From Bacteroidia bacterium (GTDB lineage: Bacteria > Bacteroidota > Bacteroidia > AKYH767-A > OLB10): a stretch of DNA of 43,833 nucleotides. Made by a program: the position numbers and the translations under genes. The stretch spans positions 1 through 43,833 of the forward strand of contig JBJXGU010000383.1 in the NCBI GenBank assembly GCA_046160245.1, read 5' to 3'. The notes beneath the pieces are model-generated. The model was given only the letters and a program-made list of their open reading frames with translations, was not told the DNA's origin and did no database searches. Each line of letters begins with the position of its first letter. Position 1 is the first letter of the stretch. This document shows positions 1 through 8,958 of this stretch, piece by piece.

Positions 1-34
1 GAGGCTTCGAGTTGTTCACTCAAAGCGCCAGCCT

Positions 35-67
35 AATTCTGAATTCTACATTCTAAATTCTTAATTC
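35..67. repeat. Short heptamer tandem repeat (AATTCTN)x~5
   Basis: aattctg aattcta cattcta aattctt aattc directly after the stop of the rhodanese gene. Confidence 0.6.
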
Positions 68-395
68 ACCTCGGCCACGCCGAGATTCCGTCTTTCAAAT
101 TTATCACTTTCAAACCAATCTTCGACATCATATTGGCTGCGATTCCACTTCTTGACCCACTTCTGCAAAAAACAAAATAGGTTTTAGTTGGATCCATGGA
201 TATTATTTCAGAAGAGAAAGATGGGCTTAACATGTTTGAATTTTTAGCGCCCTTTATCGTTCCCGATTTAAATTCGGAGGCTGAACGTACGTCTACCAAC
301 ACAGCATTGGTATTTTCATTCAGTCTTGCTTTAAACTCGCGTCCATCGCAATCTTCGTAGTTTTTTTTAATTAAACTTTGCAAGAATTTTATCAT
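66..395 (-). CDS. Single-domain rhodanese (sulfurtransferase)
   Basis: LVDVRSASEF...G.IKGA and active-site loop FCRSGSRS, C-terminal LKDGISAW; last gene of the sulfur cluster. Confidence 0.9.
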   Translation of the reverse strand: MIKFLQSLIKKNYEDCDGREFKARLNENTNAVLVDVRSASEFKSGTIKGAKNSNMLSPSFSSEIISMDPTKTYFVFCRSGSRSGIAANMMSKIGLKVINLKDGISAWPR

Positions 396-422
396 ATTCG
401 AATTTTCATTTTTAATTATTTA

Positions 423-1838
423 TTACAACAAAGTAGTGGGCTCATGATAAGCTGAAACATTAAACAATCCAGATTCTTTTAAGGCATTAAAACCTCCTAT
501 CACATTTATTAATTTATCAAAGCCTCTTGCCTTTAAAATAGAAATAAAGATTACTGAACGATATCCACCTGCACAATACACATAAGCATCTTTAGTACGA
601 TGGATTTTACTCATACTCTCATTGATATAATCCAAAGGCGCAACTTCGGTATTTAAAAGATGCTGTGCATCGTATTCGCTTTTTCTTCGCACATCGAGAA
701 GTGCAATATGATTATCCCTATCTATTCGTCTTCTTAATTCTTTCGCATCAATGGACTCAATATGATCAACAGGTTCACCACTCTTCCAATAAGCTGAAAA
801 TCCTCCCTCCAGATATCCCACTGTATAATCGAATCCAACTCTAGAAAGTCGAGTAATAACCTCCTCTTCTCTGCCCGGCTCAGTAACCAACAGTATTTCT
901 TGTTTCAAATCAGGAATCAAAGCACCTGCCCAAGGAGCAAAATTTCCATTCAATCCTATGTTGATAGAGCCGGGAATAAAACCTTTCACAAATTCATCCG
1001 GATTTCTTGTATCTAAAATTAATACATCCGATTCATCCGCAATAAATTTAAAAGAAGCTACATCCAACGGACGTGATCCTCGATCCATCACTTCCTTGAA
1101 ACTTTGACTATCCATTTTATTCATTGCAGCATTCTTTGGGAAATACGCAGGAGGAGGCATTAGTCCGGTCAACACTTCTGTCACAAATTCTTCCTTCGAC
1201 ATATTAGCTCTTAAGGCGTAATTATTTTTAAGCTGGTGACCTAATGTGTCGATGGTTTCGTTCGACATGTTTTTACCACAAGAAGAACCTGCACCATGCC
1301 CTGGATACACAATCACCTCTTCCTGCAAAGTCATTACTTTATTTCGCAATGAATCGTATAAATAACCGGCTAAAACTTCTTGTGTAATCTCTCCTTTTTG
1401 TGCTAAGTCGGGACGCCCCACATCCCCAATGAACAAAGTGTCGCCCGAAAACAATGCATGTTCTTTTCCATGCTCATCAATCACTAAAAAGCAACTCGAC
1501 TCCATCGTATGTCCAGGTGTATGTAATACTTTGATAAAAATATTTCCAAGTGGCAACATTTCATTATCCATGGCTTCGTGGAATTTAAATTCGGCTTTGG
1601 CGCTAGGACCGTACACAATTTGAGCTCCGGTATGTCGAGCTAAATCCAAATGACCGGAAACGAAATCAGCATGAAAATGGGTTTCGAGCACATACTTGAG
1701 TTTTGCATTTCCTTTATGAAGACGATCCATATAGGGTTTGTACTCTCTCAATGGATCAACAATAGCCGCTTCACCATTTGATTCAATATAATAAGCTCCT
1801 TGAGCTAAACATCCAGTATAAATTTGTTCGATTTTCAT
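423..1838 (-). CDS. MBL-fold persulfide dioxygenase fused to two rhodanese domains (CstB-like), paralog 2
   Basis: ETHFHADF, HTPGHT, GDTLF.GDVGRPDL, PGHGAGSSCGK; Cys-less middle rhodanese domain; C-terminal YCAGGYRS. Confidence 0.88.
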   Translation of the reverse strand: MKIEQIYTGCLAQGAYYIESNGEAAIVDPLREYKPYMDRLHKGNAKLKYVLETHFHADFVSGHLDLARHTGAQIVYGPSAKAEFKFHEAMDNEMLPLGNIFIKVLHTPGHTMESSCFLVIDEHGKEHALFSGDTLFIGDVGRPDLAQKGEITQEVLAGYLYDSLRNKVMTLQEEVIVYPGHGAGSSCGKNMSNETIDTLGHQLKNNYALRANMSKEEFVTEVLTGLMPPPAYFPKNAAMNKMDSQSFKEVMDRGSRPLDVASFKFIADESDVLILDTRNPDEFVKGFIPGSINIGLNGNFAPWAGALIPDLKQEILLVTEPGREEEVITRLSRVGFDYTVGYLEGGFSAYWKSGEPVDHIESIDAKELRRRIDRDNHIALLDVRRKSEYDAQHLLNTEVAPLDYINESMSKIHRTKDAYVYCAGGYRSVIFISILKARGFDKLINVIGGFNALKESGLFNVSAYHEPTTLL

Positions 1839-1866
1839 AAGGTAATTTTCAATGTTTTAACAATAG

Positions 1867-1911
1867 CAAAAGTATATTGAATGGATAGCTTTCTAGGTTA
1901 CTAAAGTTACA
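1867..1911 (-). promoter_or_regulatory. Bacteroidota -7 box (TACTTTTG) plus a putative Crp/Fnr operator TGTAAC-N4-GTAACC
   Basis: -7 box at 1867-1874; dyad at 1896-1911; same spacing as the site at 4547-4591. Confidence 0.65.
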
Positions 1912-1945
1912 TAGGAGGTATGATTTTAGTCATTGGTTTTGTGAA

Positions 1946-2026
1946 GATTTTAGATGTTGGATGTTGGATGTTGAATGTTGGTTGCGAGGCTTCGCGATTG
2001 GATGTAAGTCGCGAGGCTTAGCGATT
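1946..2026. repeat. (GATGTTG)x4 heptamer repeat followed by two GCGAGGCTT(C/A)GCGATT units
   Basis: Read directly; a partial GAGGCTTCG is also present at positions 1-9. Confidence 0.6.
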
Positions 2027-2095
2027 AAATTATAGTTTAATCAACAAATACTTACTGCTCGAAATGAATACAGATTATTAACATTAATATTCTAG

Positions 2096-2130
2096 CCTCT
2101 CCTCAACCCCTCTCCAAAGGCGAGGGGCTA
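2096..2130. repeat. REP-like hairpin CCCCTCTCC-AAA-GGCGAGGGG
   Basis: Imperfect GC-rich inverted repeat in AT-rich intergenic DNA; resembles the widespread CCCTCTCC...GGAGAGGG REP-like family. Confidence 0.45.
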
Positions 2131-2221
2131 TAGAAAAATTCAATTACTCTAGTGGACTCTTTTAACCTCTAGTGCCTCGAATGTTTAAAAGAAATCATTA
2201 TTAGGAAATAAATTTCTATCC

Positions 2222-2258
2222 AAAAAAAATCCCGTTGCAAAGTGAATCGCAACGGGAT
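2222..2258 (-). terminator. Rho-independent terminator of the tauE-PDO operon
   Basis: Stem ATCCCGTTGC/GCAACGGGAT followed by a T-run on the minus strand, just after the stop at 2275. Confidence 0.8.
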
Positions 2259-2274
2259 AATATTAACCACTATT

Positions 2275-3693
2275 TTACTTTGCTAACGTTGACGGGCAAA
2301 CATAATCTGTTAAATCAAACTTACCTGTACTTTTTATTGCATTATACCCGCCTTTAATATCTACTAAATTATGATAACCTCTCGCTCTAAGAATAGAAGT
2401 AAAAATCATGGAACGATATCCGCCTGCGCAATGAATGTAAACGGGTTCATCTTTGGAGATTGCAGGCATCGCATCATTCACAATATCAAGCGGAGCATGG
2501 ATAACTCCATTGATATGTTCAGATACATATTCTCCGTGCTTTCTTACATCCACCACTTTTGCTTTTTCGTTTTTAGAAACAATCTCTGCTAATTCATCAG
2601 CAGAAATTGAAGTGATGGTATCAATCTCCTTTCCTGCTTTTTGCCAAGCACTTATTCCTCCAGCTAAAAAACCTATGGCATTATCATAACCAACACGCGC
2701 TAAACGTGTGACCACTTCCTCCTCACGACCTTCATCGGCAATAATTAATAGTTCTTGTTTCACATCCGGAATTAAAGCGCCCACCCAAGGGGCAAATCCA
2801 CCATCAATTCCAATATTAATGGAGTTCGGAACAAATGCTTTTGCAAAAACTTGTGGATCTCGAGTATCCAATAACAAGGCTCCTGTTTCATTAGCAGCTG
2901 CTTCAAAGGCTTCAGGAGTCAATCCTTGATTGCTGCGCTTCATTACATTGGAAATGCTTTCATAACCTTCTTTATTCATCATTACATTCTGTGGAAAATA
3001 GGCAGGTGGCGGCATTAATCCATCCGTTACTTCTTTAATAAATTCAGCCTTCGTCATGTTTGCACGCAATGCGTAATTCACCTCTTTCTGATGTCCTAAT
3101 GTATCATAGGTTTCCTTACTCATGTTTTTTCCACAAGCAGAGCCCGCACCGTGCGCCGGATAAACCAACACATCATTCGGCAAGGTCATTACTTTGTTGC
3201 GTAAAGAATCAAATAATAATCCCGCTAAATCATCTTGTGTAACATTTGATTTTTGGGCAAGGTCAGGTCGACCTACATCACCAATAAACAACGTATCTCC
3301 TGTGAAGAGTGCTACTTCTTTTCCATTTTCATCCATCAACAAATAACAAGTCGATTCCATGGTATGTCCGGGAGTATGTAGTACTTTAAATCGCAATTTC
3401 CCTATTTTAAATTCCTCGCCATCGGTAGCAATATGCGAAGTAAAATTCGTTTTTGCATTTGGACCAAAAACAATACTCGCTCCTGTCGCATTGGCTAAAT
3501 CCACATGACCCGAAACAAAATCGGCATGAAAATGCGTTTCAAAAACGTATTTAATTTTTACACCTTCTTTCTCTGCGCGATCCAAATACGGTTGCACCTC
3601 ACGCAATGGGTCAATAACAATTGCTTCATTTTCTGATTGGATGAAATATGCACCTTGTGCTAAACATCCTGTATAAATTTGTTCTATTTTCAT
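2275..3693 (-). CDS. MBL-fold persulfide dioxygenase fused to two rhodanese domains (CstB-like), paralog 1
   Basis: ETHFHADF, PAHGAGSACGK, HCAGGYRS; colinear with 423..1838 over its full length. Confidence 0.88.
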   Translation of the reverse strand: MKIEQIYTGCLAQGAYFIQSENEAIVIDPLREVQPYLDRAEKEGVKIKYVFETHFHADFVSGHVDLANATGASIVFGPNAKTNFTSHIATDGEEFKIGKLRFKVLHTPGHTMESTCYLLMDENGKEVALFTGDTLFIGDVGRPDLAQKSNVTQDDLAGLLFDSLRNKVMTLPNDVLVYPAHGAGSACGKNMSKETYDTLGHQKEVNYALRANMTKAEFIKEVTDGLMPPPAYFPQNVMMNKEGYESISNVMKRSNQGLTPEAFEAAANETGALLLDTRDPQVFAKAFVPNSINIGIDGGFAPWVGALIPDVKQELLIIADEGREEEVVTRLARVGYDNAIGFLAGGISAWQKAGKEIDTITSISADELAEIVSKNEKAKVVDVRKHGEYVSEHINGVIHAPLDIVNDAMPAISKDEPVYIHCAGGYRSMIFTSILRARGYHNLVDIKGGYNAIKSTGKFDLTDYVCPSTLAK

Positions 3694-3725
3694 TTCTATT
3701 TTATGTAATCGTTTTCAATGCCATT

Positions 3726-4529
3726 TTATTTTAACCAAAGCTCTTTAATTATGATGTAAATTCCGGTGATCAGAACAAACCAACCAAATCCCTTTTTCAA
3801 TTTTGCACCATCAAACTTTTTGGACAAGGCATTTCCAATAAAGATTCCAATGACTGCTATCCCGGTCACAGAGAGAAGAAGCACCCAATTTAAGTCATAA
3901 TGTCCAAAATCACCCGTAAATCCAATCAATGATTTTACAGCAATGATTAACAGCGAAGTTCCAACCGCTTCTTTCATGGGTAAACCACTTAATAAGACGA
4001 GTGCTGGAATAATTAAGAAACCTCCTCCTGCTCCTACCATTCCGGTTAAGGTGCCTACAAACAATCCTTCCAAGATAATGATGGGATAATTATAGGTTCT
4101 TTCATTTTTCGAAACAGAAACTTTATTTAATCCATTGCTTCTGATCATAGAATATGCAGCAATAACCATCAACACCGCAAAAAGAAGCAACATAAATATT
4201 GACTTGGTCACAATAAATCCAGAAACAGTAAAAACTACATCCGGTATGGCAGGTACTATGAATAACCGAGTTAAATAAACGGCAATTAAGGATGGAATGC
4301 CGAAAATAGCAGCCGTTTTCATATCGATCATTCCTTCTTTAAACTTAGGAATAGCACCTACTAAAGCAGTTGTTCCCACTATAAATAATGAATACGATGT
4401 AGATAATACAGCATCTTGATTAAATAAATAGACTAAGACCGGAACAGTGAGAATACTTCCTCCGCCGCCTATCAATCCTAAAGAAATTCCAATTAATGCC
4501 GAAGCGAGATAACCAATGAGTACTAACAT
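3726..4529 (-). CDS. Sulfite exporter, TauE/SafE family
   Basis: Two GxxGxGGG repeats (GLIGGGGSIL, GMVGAGGGFL), AVGTSL, about 8 hydrophobic segments. Confidence 0.9.
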   Translation of the reverse strand: MLVLIGYLASALIGISLGLIGGGGSILTVPVLVYLFNQDAVLSTSYSLFIVGTTALVGAIPKFKEGMIDMKTAAIFGIPSLIAVYLTRLFIVPAIPDVVFTVSGFIVTKSIFMLLLFAVLMVIAAYSMIRSNGLNKVSVSKNERTYNYPIIILEGLFVGTLTGMVGAGGGFLIIPALVLLSGLPMKEAVGTSLLIIAVKSLIGFTGDFGHYDLNWVLLLSVTGIAVIGIFIGNALSKKFDGAKLKKGFGWFVLITGIYIIIKELWLK

Positions 4530-4546
4530 ATCGTTTTTAACAGGTG

Positions 4547-4591
4547 CAAAGATGGGGCATCAAATCAAGATAATCGGTAACATTCATTACA
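4547..4591 (-). promoter_or_regulatory. -7-like box (CATCTTTG) plus a putative Crp/Fnr operator TGTAAT-N4-GTTACC
   Basis: Box at 4547-4554, dyad at 4576-4591 overlapping the stop of the regulator gene; same 21-nt gap as the 1867-1911 site. Confidence 0.6.
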
Positions 4592-5273
4592 CAGCCATGT
4601 TTTTTAGGTCGATGGCATTACGGTTGAGCTTCAACTTGCCGGCTTGCTCCATACTTTTGAGTAATCGAGAAATAACAACGCGAGAAGTACCCAAATCATT
4701 AGCAATTTCCTCATGCGTAATTTTCAATTCATCCGACTTAAAAGTATCCCGTTGCTTCTTCAAATAAAACTCAAGTCGCTCATCCAAACCTTTAAAAACC
4801 GTGTGCTCAATCAAATTCAATAATTCTTCAAAACGATTTCGATAACTTTCTAAAACAAAGTAATACCATGTTTTATAAGTTGCCATCAAATTATCCATGA
4901 TAGCGATAGGTACCAAAATTACTTCAGTAGGCTCTATGGTTTTGGCTAAGAGCTCACTCTGTTCTTGTCTGTCGGCGCAAATCATTGATAAAGCACAAGC
5001 ATTTCCTGGTTCGAGGTAGTACATAAAGAACTCACTTCCTTGATCTCCTTCCTTATAAACCTTTACTCTACCCTTGGTTATCAGCATGGTAGACTTAAAA
5101 AATTGCCCGGGCTTCATTAAGATTTCTCCGGCTGAAAAATCACGAATCAACGAGTTATTTGCTATTTCACGCATCAATGCCGGTTCAAGCATTGGGTAAA
5201 ACGACTTCAATTTATCGAGAATTTCCTGTTTTTCTGGGGTGATGACCTCATTCATAAGCACCAATTTAATCAT
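4587..5273 (-). CDS. Crp/Fnr-family transcriptional regulator (true start possibly 5255)
   Basis: cNMP-binding-like N-domain (G.VKVYK..D.G.E) and C-terminal HTH ITHEEIANDLGTSRVVISRLLK. Confidence 0.92.
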   Translation of the reverse strand: MIKLVLMNEVITPEKQEILDKLKSFYPMLEPALMREIANNSLIRDFSAGEILMKPGQFFKSTMLITKGRVKVYKEGDQGSEFFMYYLEPGNACALSMICADRQEQSELLAKTIEPTEVILVPIAIMDNLMATYKTWYYFVLESYRNRFEELLNLIEHTVFKGLDERLEFYLKKQRDTFKSDELKITHEEIANDLGTSRVVISRLLKSMEQAGKLKLNRNAIDLKNMAV

Positions 5274-5417
5274 ATTTTTAGAATATTTGATTCTTCCTCC
5301 AATAATTCAAAGAATATCTTCGTTCAGTTTTACACATTTGACTGTTCAATAAGCATACAGTGCACAGTGTAAAACAAGAAGGAAATCTCGGTACTTTTAA
5401 CCGCTAAACCAATTGAC

Positions 5418-7997
5418 ATGGCTGGAAAGGGAAATAGAATAAAAGAACCCATCGTTCAAGACGATGCGGAGATGGAAGAAGAATTGGTTGCTGAGAAGCC
5501 ACAAAAAAAAGTTCGTCAGCGCAAAGAAAAAGTGGTTGCTGATGAACCAAATAACGTAAAGTTGTTTTTGACGAACGAAAGAACGCATAAAATTTTCGGA
5601 CTTTTTTTATTGCTTATTTCCGTTTATTCTTTGATTGCATTCACCTCTTATTTTTTTACTTGGAAAAATGATCAAAGCTTAGTGACGGGATCATGGTTCG
5701 ATCTTATTCGTTTCTCAGATAAGCAAGTGGAGAATTGGTTAGGGAAGATTGGTGCCATCGTGTCTCATCAGTTTATGTACAACTGGTTTGGATTGGCTGC
5801 GTATGCATTTGTGTTGCTTTCCTTCATTACTGGATTTAAAATATTATTTCAAGCATCCTTATTGCCCATCAAGAAAACTTTTCGGTATAGTTTATTCTGT
5901 TTATTATTCTTCCCTGCTGCATTATCATTTTTATTTAGCAGCAAGCCCGATTTACTCTTTTTAGGAGGAGGAATTGGCTACCAAATAAACACCTGGTTAA
6001 ATCTTTCCATCGGAAAAATTGGAACTGGATTCTTAATTGGCTTCACCGGATTTTCTTTTTTAGTGGCGGTTTACAATTTTAGTTTTAAAATTCCATCTCG
6101 GAATAAAAAGAATGAAGAGGAAGCAGATGCATTAATTTCTGAAGAAGAGGATTTCGTTGTTGGAAATAAGTTAAAAGATTTTGAAGATGATTTAGGAGAT
6201 GATAATATGGAATTGGAATTGCCCGATGATTATTCGCATCGTGATGAAATTCCAGAATTAGTTTCGCCATTACTCGCTACAAATACTGCTCCGCAGCCCG
6301 AGATTCATTTGTTAGATGCCGACATTCCAGAAATGGAATTGGATGTAAAGAATGATGATCTCACCTTGGAAATTGAATCATTGAAAGAAGGTGATGATTT
6401 GTTACGGGGAGATGGTATTGTAACGAGTGCAGAAGATGTAGATTTAGTTGAGCAATTGGGTGAATACGATCCGAAATTGGATTTAAGTCAATACCAACAT
6501 CCTACTCTTGACTTACTTGAAAATTATACAAGCAGTCGTTCTCAATTGAGTCGTGATGAGTTGATGGCAGAATTAGAAGCCAACAAAAAACGCATAATCG
6601 AAACACTCGGACATTATGCGATTGAAATTGATAAAATAAAAGCGACAGTAGGTCCAACGGTTACACTTTTTGAAATTGTACCGAAAGCCGGAATTCGTAT
6701 TTCGAAAATTAAAAATTTGGAAGATGATATCGCTTTAAGTCTGGCCGCACTTGGAATTCGTATTATCGCTCCTATTCCTGGAAAAGGAACGATTGGTATT
6801 GAAGTACCCAATCAAAATCCAGATATTGTAAGTATGCGTTCCGTGATTGGCTCTGAGAAATTCCAGAACACCGATTATGATTTGCCGATTGCATTAGGTA
6901 AAACCATTTCTAATGAAATCTTTATTGCAGACTTAGCCAAGATGCCTCACTTGTTGATGGCAGGTGCTACAGGACAAGGAAAATCGGTAGGATTAAATGC
7001 GATTTTAGTTTCTCTACTTTATAAAAAACATCCGGCACAAGTAAAATTCGTTTTGGTAGATCCGAAGAAAGTGGAGTTAACACTTTTCAAAACCATCGAA
7101 CGACATTTCCTTGCTAAACTTCCGGGTGATGAAGATGCGATTATCACCGACACAAAGAAAGTGGTGAATACATTGAACTCGCTTTGTATTGAAATGGATG
7201 ATCGCTACGAATTATTGAAAGAGGCACAAGTAAGAAATATTCGCGAGTACAATGTCAAGTTTATCTCCAGAAAATTAAATCCTAATAACGGACATCGTTT
7301 CCTTCCCTACATTGTGTTGGTGGTGGATGAGTTTGCCGATTTAATTATGACGGCTGGTAAAGAAGTAGAAACACCCATTGCACGTTTAGCGCAGTTAGCG
7401 CGTGCCATCGGAATTCACTTGATCATTGCAACGCAGCGTCCTTCGGTAAATATTATTACGGGTACTATCAAAGCCAACTTCCCGGCTCGATTAGCCTTTA
7501 GGGTAACTTCCAAAATTGACTCAAGAACTATCTTAGATACGGGCGGCGCCGATCAATTAATTGGTCGTGGGGATATGTTATTATCGACTGGTTCTGATTT
7601 AGTTCGGATGCAATGTGCTTTTGTTGACACACCTGAAGTAGAAGCGATTACCAACTTCATTGGCAACCAGCGCGCCTACTCACAAGCGTACCAACTCCCT
7701 GAGTATGTGGGCGAAGGAGAAGCTTCAGGTGGATCGAACGATATGGGAGCCGATGATTTTGATCCATTATTCGATGAAGCGGCTCATATGGTGGTTCAAT
7801 TCCAGCAAGGCTCTGCATCTTTATTACAAAGAAGATTGAAATTAGGATATAACAGAGCGGGTAGAATTGTGGATCAGCTTGAGGCAGCAGGCATTATAGG
7901 ACCTTTTGAAGGAAGTAAAGCTCGTGAAGTTCGTTGCAAGGACATGGCAAGTTTGGAACAGTTATTGAAAAGCCTGAAATCACCTTCGGGAGTTTAA
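5418..7997 (+). CDS. ftsK: DNA translocase FtsK
   Basis: N-terminal 4TM region, Walker A GATGQGKS, VVDEFADL, ATQRPS, gamma domain SLLQRRLKLGYNRAGRIVDQLE. Confidence 0.97.
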   Translation: MAGKGNRIKEPIVQDDAEMEEELVAEKPQKKVRQRKEKVVADEPNNVKLFLTNERTHKIFGLFLLLISVYSLIAFTSYFFTWKNDQSLVTGSWFDLIRFSDKQVENWLGKIGAIVSHQFMYNWFGLAAYAFVLLSFITGFKILFQASLLPIKKTFRYSLFCLLFFPAALSFLFSSKPDLLFLGGGIGYQINTWLNLSIGKIGTGFLIGFTGFSFLVAVYNFSFKIPSRNKKNEEEADALISEEEDFVVGNKLKDFEDDLGDDNMELELPDDYSHRDEIPELVSPLLATNTAPQPEIHLLDADIPEMELDVKNDDLTLEIESLKEGDDLLRGDGIVTSAEDVDLVEQLGEYDPKLDLSQYQHPTLDLLENYTSSRSQLSRDELMAELEANKKRIIETLGHYAIEIDKIKATVGPTVTLFEIVPKAGIRISKIKNLEDDIALSLAALGIRIIAPIPGKGTIGIEVPNQNPDIVSMRSVIGSEKFQNTDYDLPIALGKTISNEIFIADLAKMPHLLMAGATGQGKSVGLNAILVSLLYKKHPAQVKFVLVDPKKVELTLFKTIERHFLAKLPGDEDAIITDTKKVVNTLNSLCIEMDDRYELLKEAQVRNIREYNVKFISRKLNPNNGHRFLPYIVLVVDEFADLIMTAGKEVETPIARLAQLARAIGIHLIIATQRPSVNIITGTIKANFPARLAFRVTSKIDSRTILDTGGADQLIGRGDMLLSTGSDLVRMQCAFVDTPEVEAITNFIGNQRAYSQAYQLPEYVGEGEASGGSNDMGADDFDPLFDEAAHMVVQFQQGSASLLQRRLKLGYNRAGRIVDQLEAAGIIGPFEGSKAREVRCKDMASLEQLLKSLKSPSGV

Positions 7998-8032
7998 GTT
8001 TCTAAACTTTATCTTTACAGCCTACAAAACCT

Positions 8033-8686
8033 ATGAATAAATCTAAATTATTGAGCGCTTGCTTTGCGTTCTCGTTATTAATAAGCACATCGGTCTTCGC
8101 TCAAGGCGATGCTAAATCGACAGCCATATTAAAGTCGGTAAGTGCAAAATACAAATCTTATAAATCTTTATCCGCCAGTTTTAAATTATCGAGGGTAGAT
8201 CAAAAAACAAAAGCTTCTGAAAATTTTTCGGGTACCATCGTATTAAATGGTCCCAAGTTTCAGTTTGTTTTAAATAATCAAACGGTGATGAGCGACGGCG
8301 CCAGCACCTGGACCTTCTTAAAAGAATCGAACGAAGTACAAATTTCCGAATCAAAAATTGTTGAAGGTGCTATTAGTCCAACCAATATTTTTACCATGTA
8401 TGAAAAAGGATTCAAGACAAAATACATTGGAGATAAAAAAGAAAATGGTGGCTCTGTCCAACAAATTGAATTAACACCTGACGATACCAAGAAAAATTAT
8501 TTCAAAATTCTATTGTCCATCGACAAAGCGGGACAATTTGTGAAAGAAGCAAAAATTTATGAAAAGAGCGGCGCGATCCTCACCTATACCATCGTAAAAT
8601 TCACTCCCAACTCACCAGTCAACGATAACATGTTTGTTTTTGATATGAAGAAATATCCAGGTGTTGAAGTGATTGATTTGAGGTAG
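8033..8686 (+). CDS. lolA: Outer-membrane lipoprotein carrier LolA family
   Basis: Signal peptide, SDG..TW...NEVQI motif, FD..KYPGVEVIDLR tail; conserved position after ftsK. Confidence 0.85.
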   Translation: MNKSKLLSACFAFSLLISTSVFAQGDAKSTAILKSVSAKYKSYKSLSASFKLSRVDQKTKASENFSGTIVLNGPKFQFVLNNQTVMSDGASTWTFLKESNEVQISESKIVEGAISPTNIFTMYEKGFKTKYIGDKKENGGSVQQIELTPDDTKKNYFKILLSIDKAGQFVKEAKIYEKSGAILTYTIVKFTPNSPVNDNMFVFDMKKYPGVEVIDLR

Positions 8687-8739
8687 TTTTGTTCTAACGA
8701 GATGGTGGTCTGATAAAAATCTCACTTCGGATGGAGGAA

Positions 8740-8922
8740 GCTGCAAGCCTCAAGATTCAAGCTTCAAGTTTTTTTTTCGCTGCTCCCGCTGCGTGAACGT
8801 TGCGCCCGTTGCGTTTAAAAAGCCGTCGAATTTCAAAAAAAAACAAGCATTTCGCGCATTGGCGTATTCGTAAGATAGGTAAGATTCGTAATTCGTACAT
8901 TCGTATCGATTCGTAATTCGTA
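8740..8922. repeat. Cluster of short tandem repeats between convergent genes
   Basis: Four GCTTCAA-like units at 8740-8767, two CGTTGCG units near 8798-8813, six ATTCGTA copies at 8866-8922. Confidence 0.6.
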
Positions 8923-8958
8923 ACCTAACTAAAATTTTCAACCTGCCATTATTTAAAA

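Noticed and set aside
8750-8941. 63-aa ORF downstream of the giant PKD gene
   Set aside because: Made of microsatellite sequence (ATTCGTA repeats)
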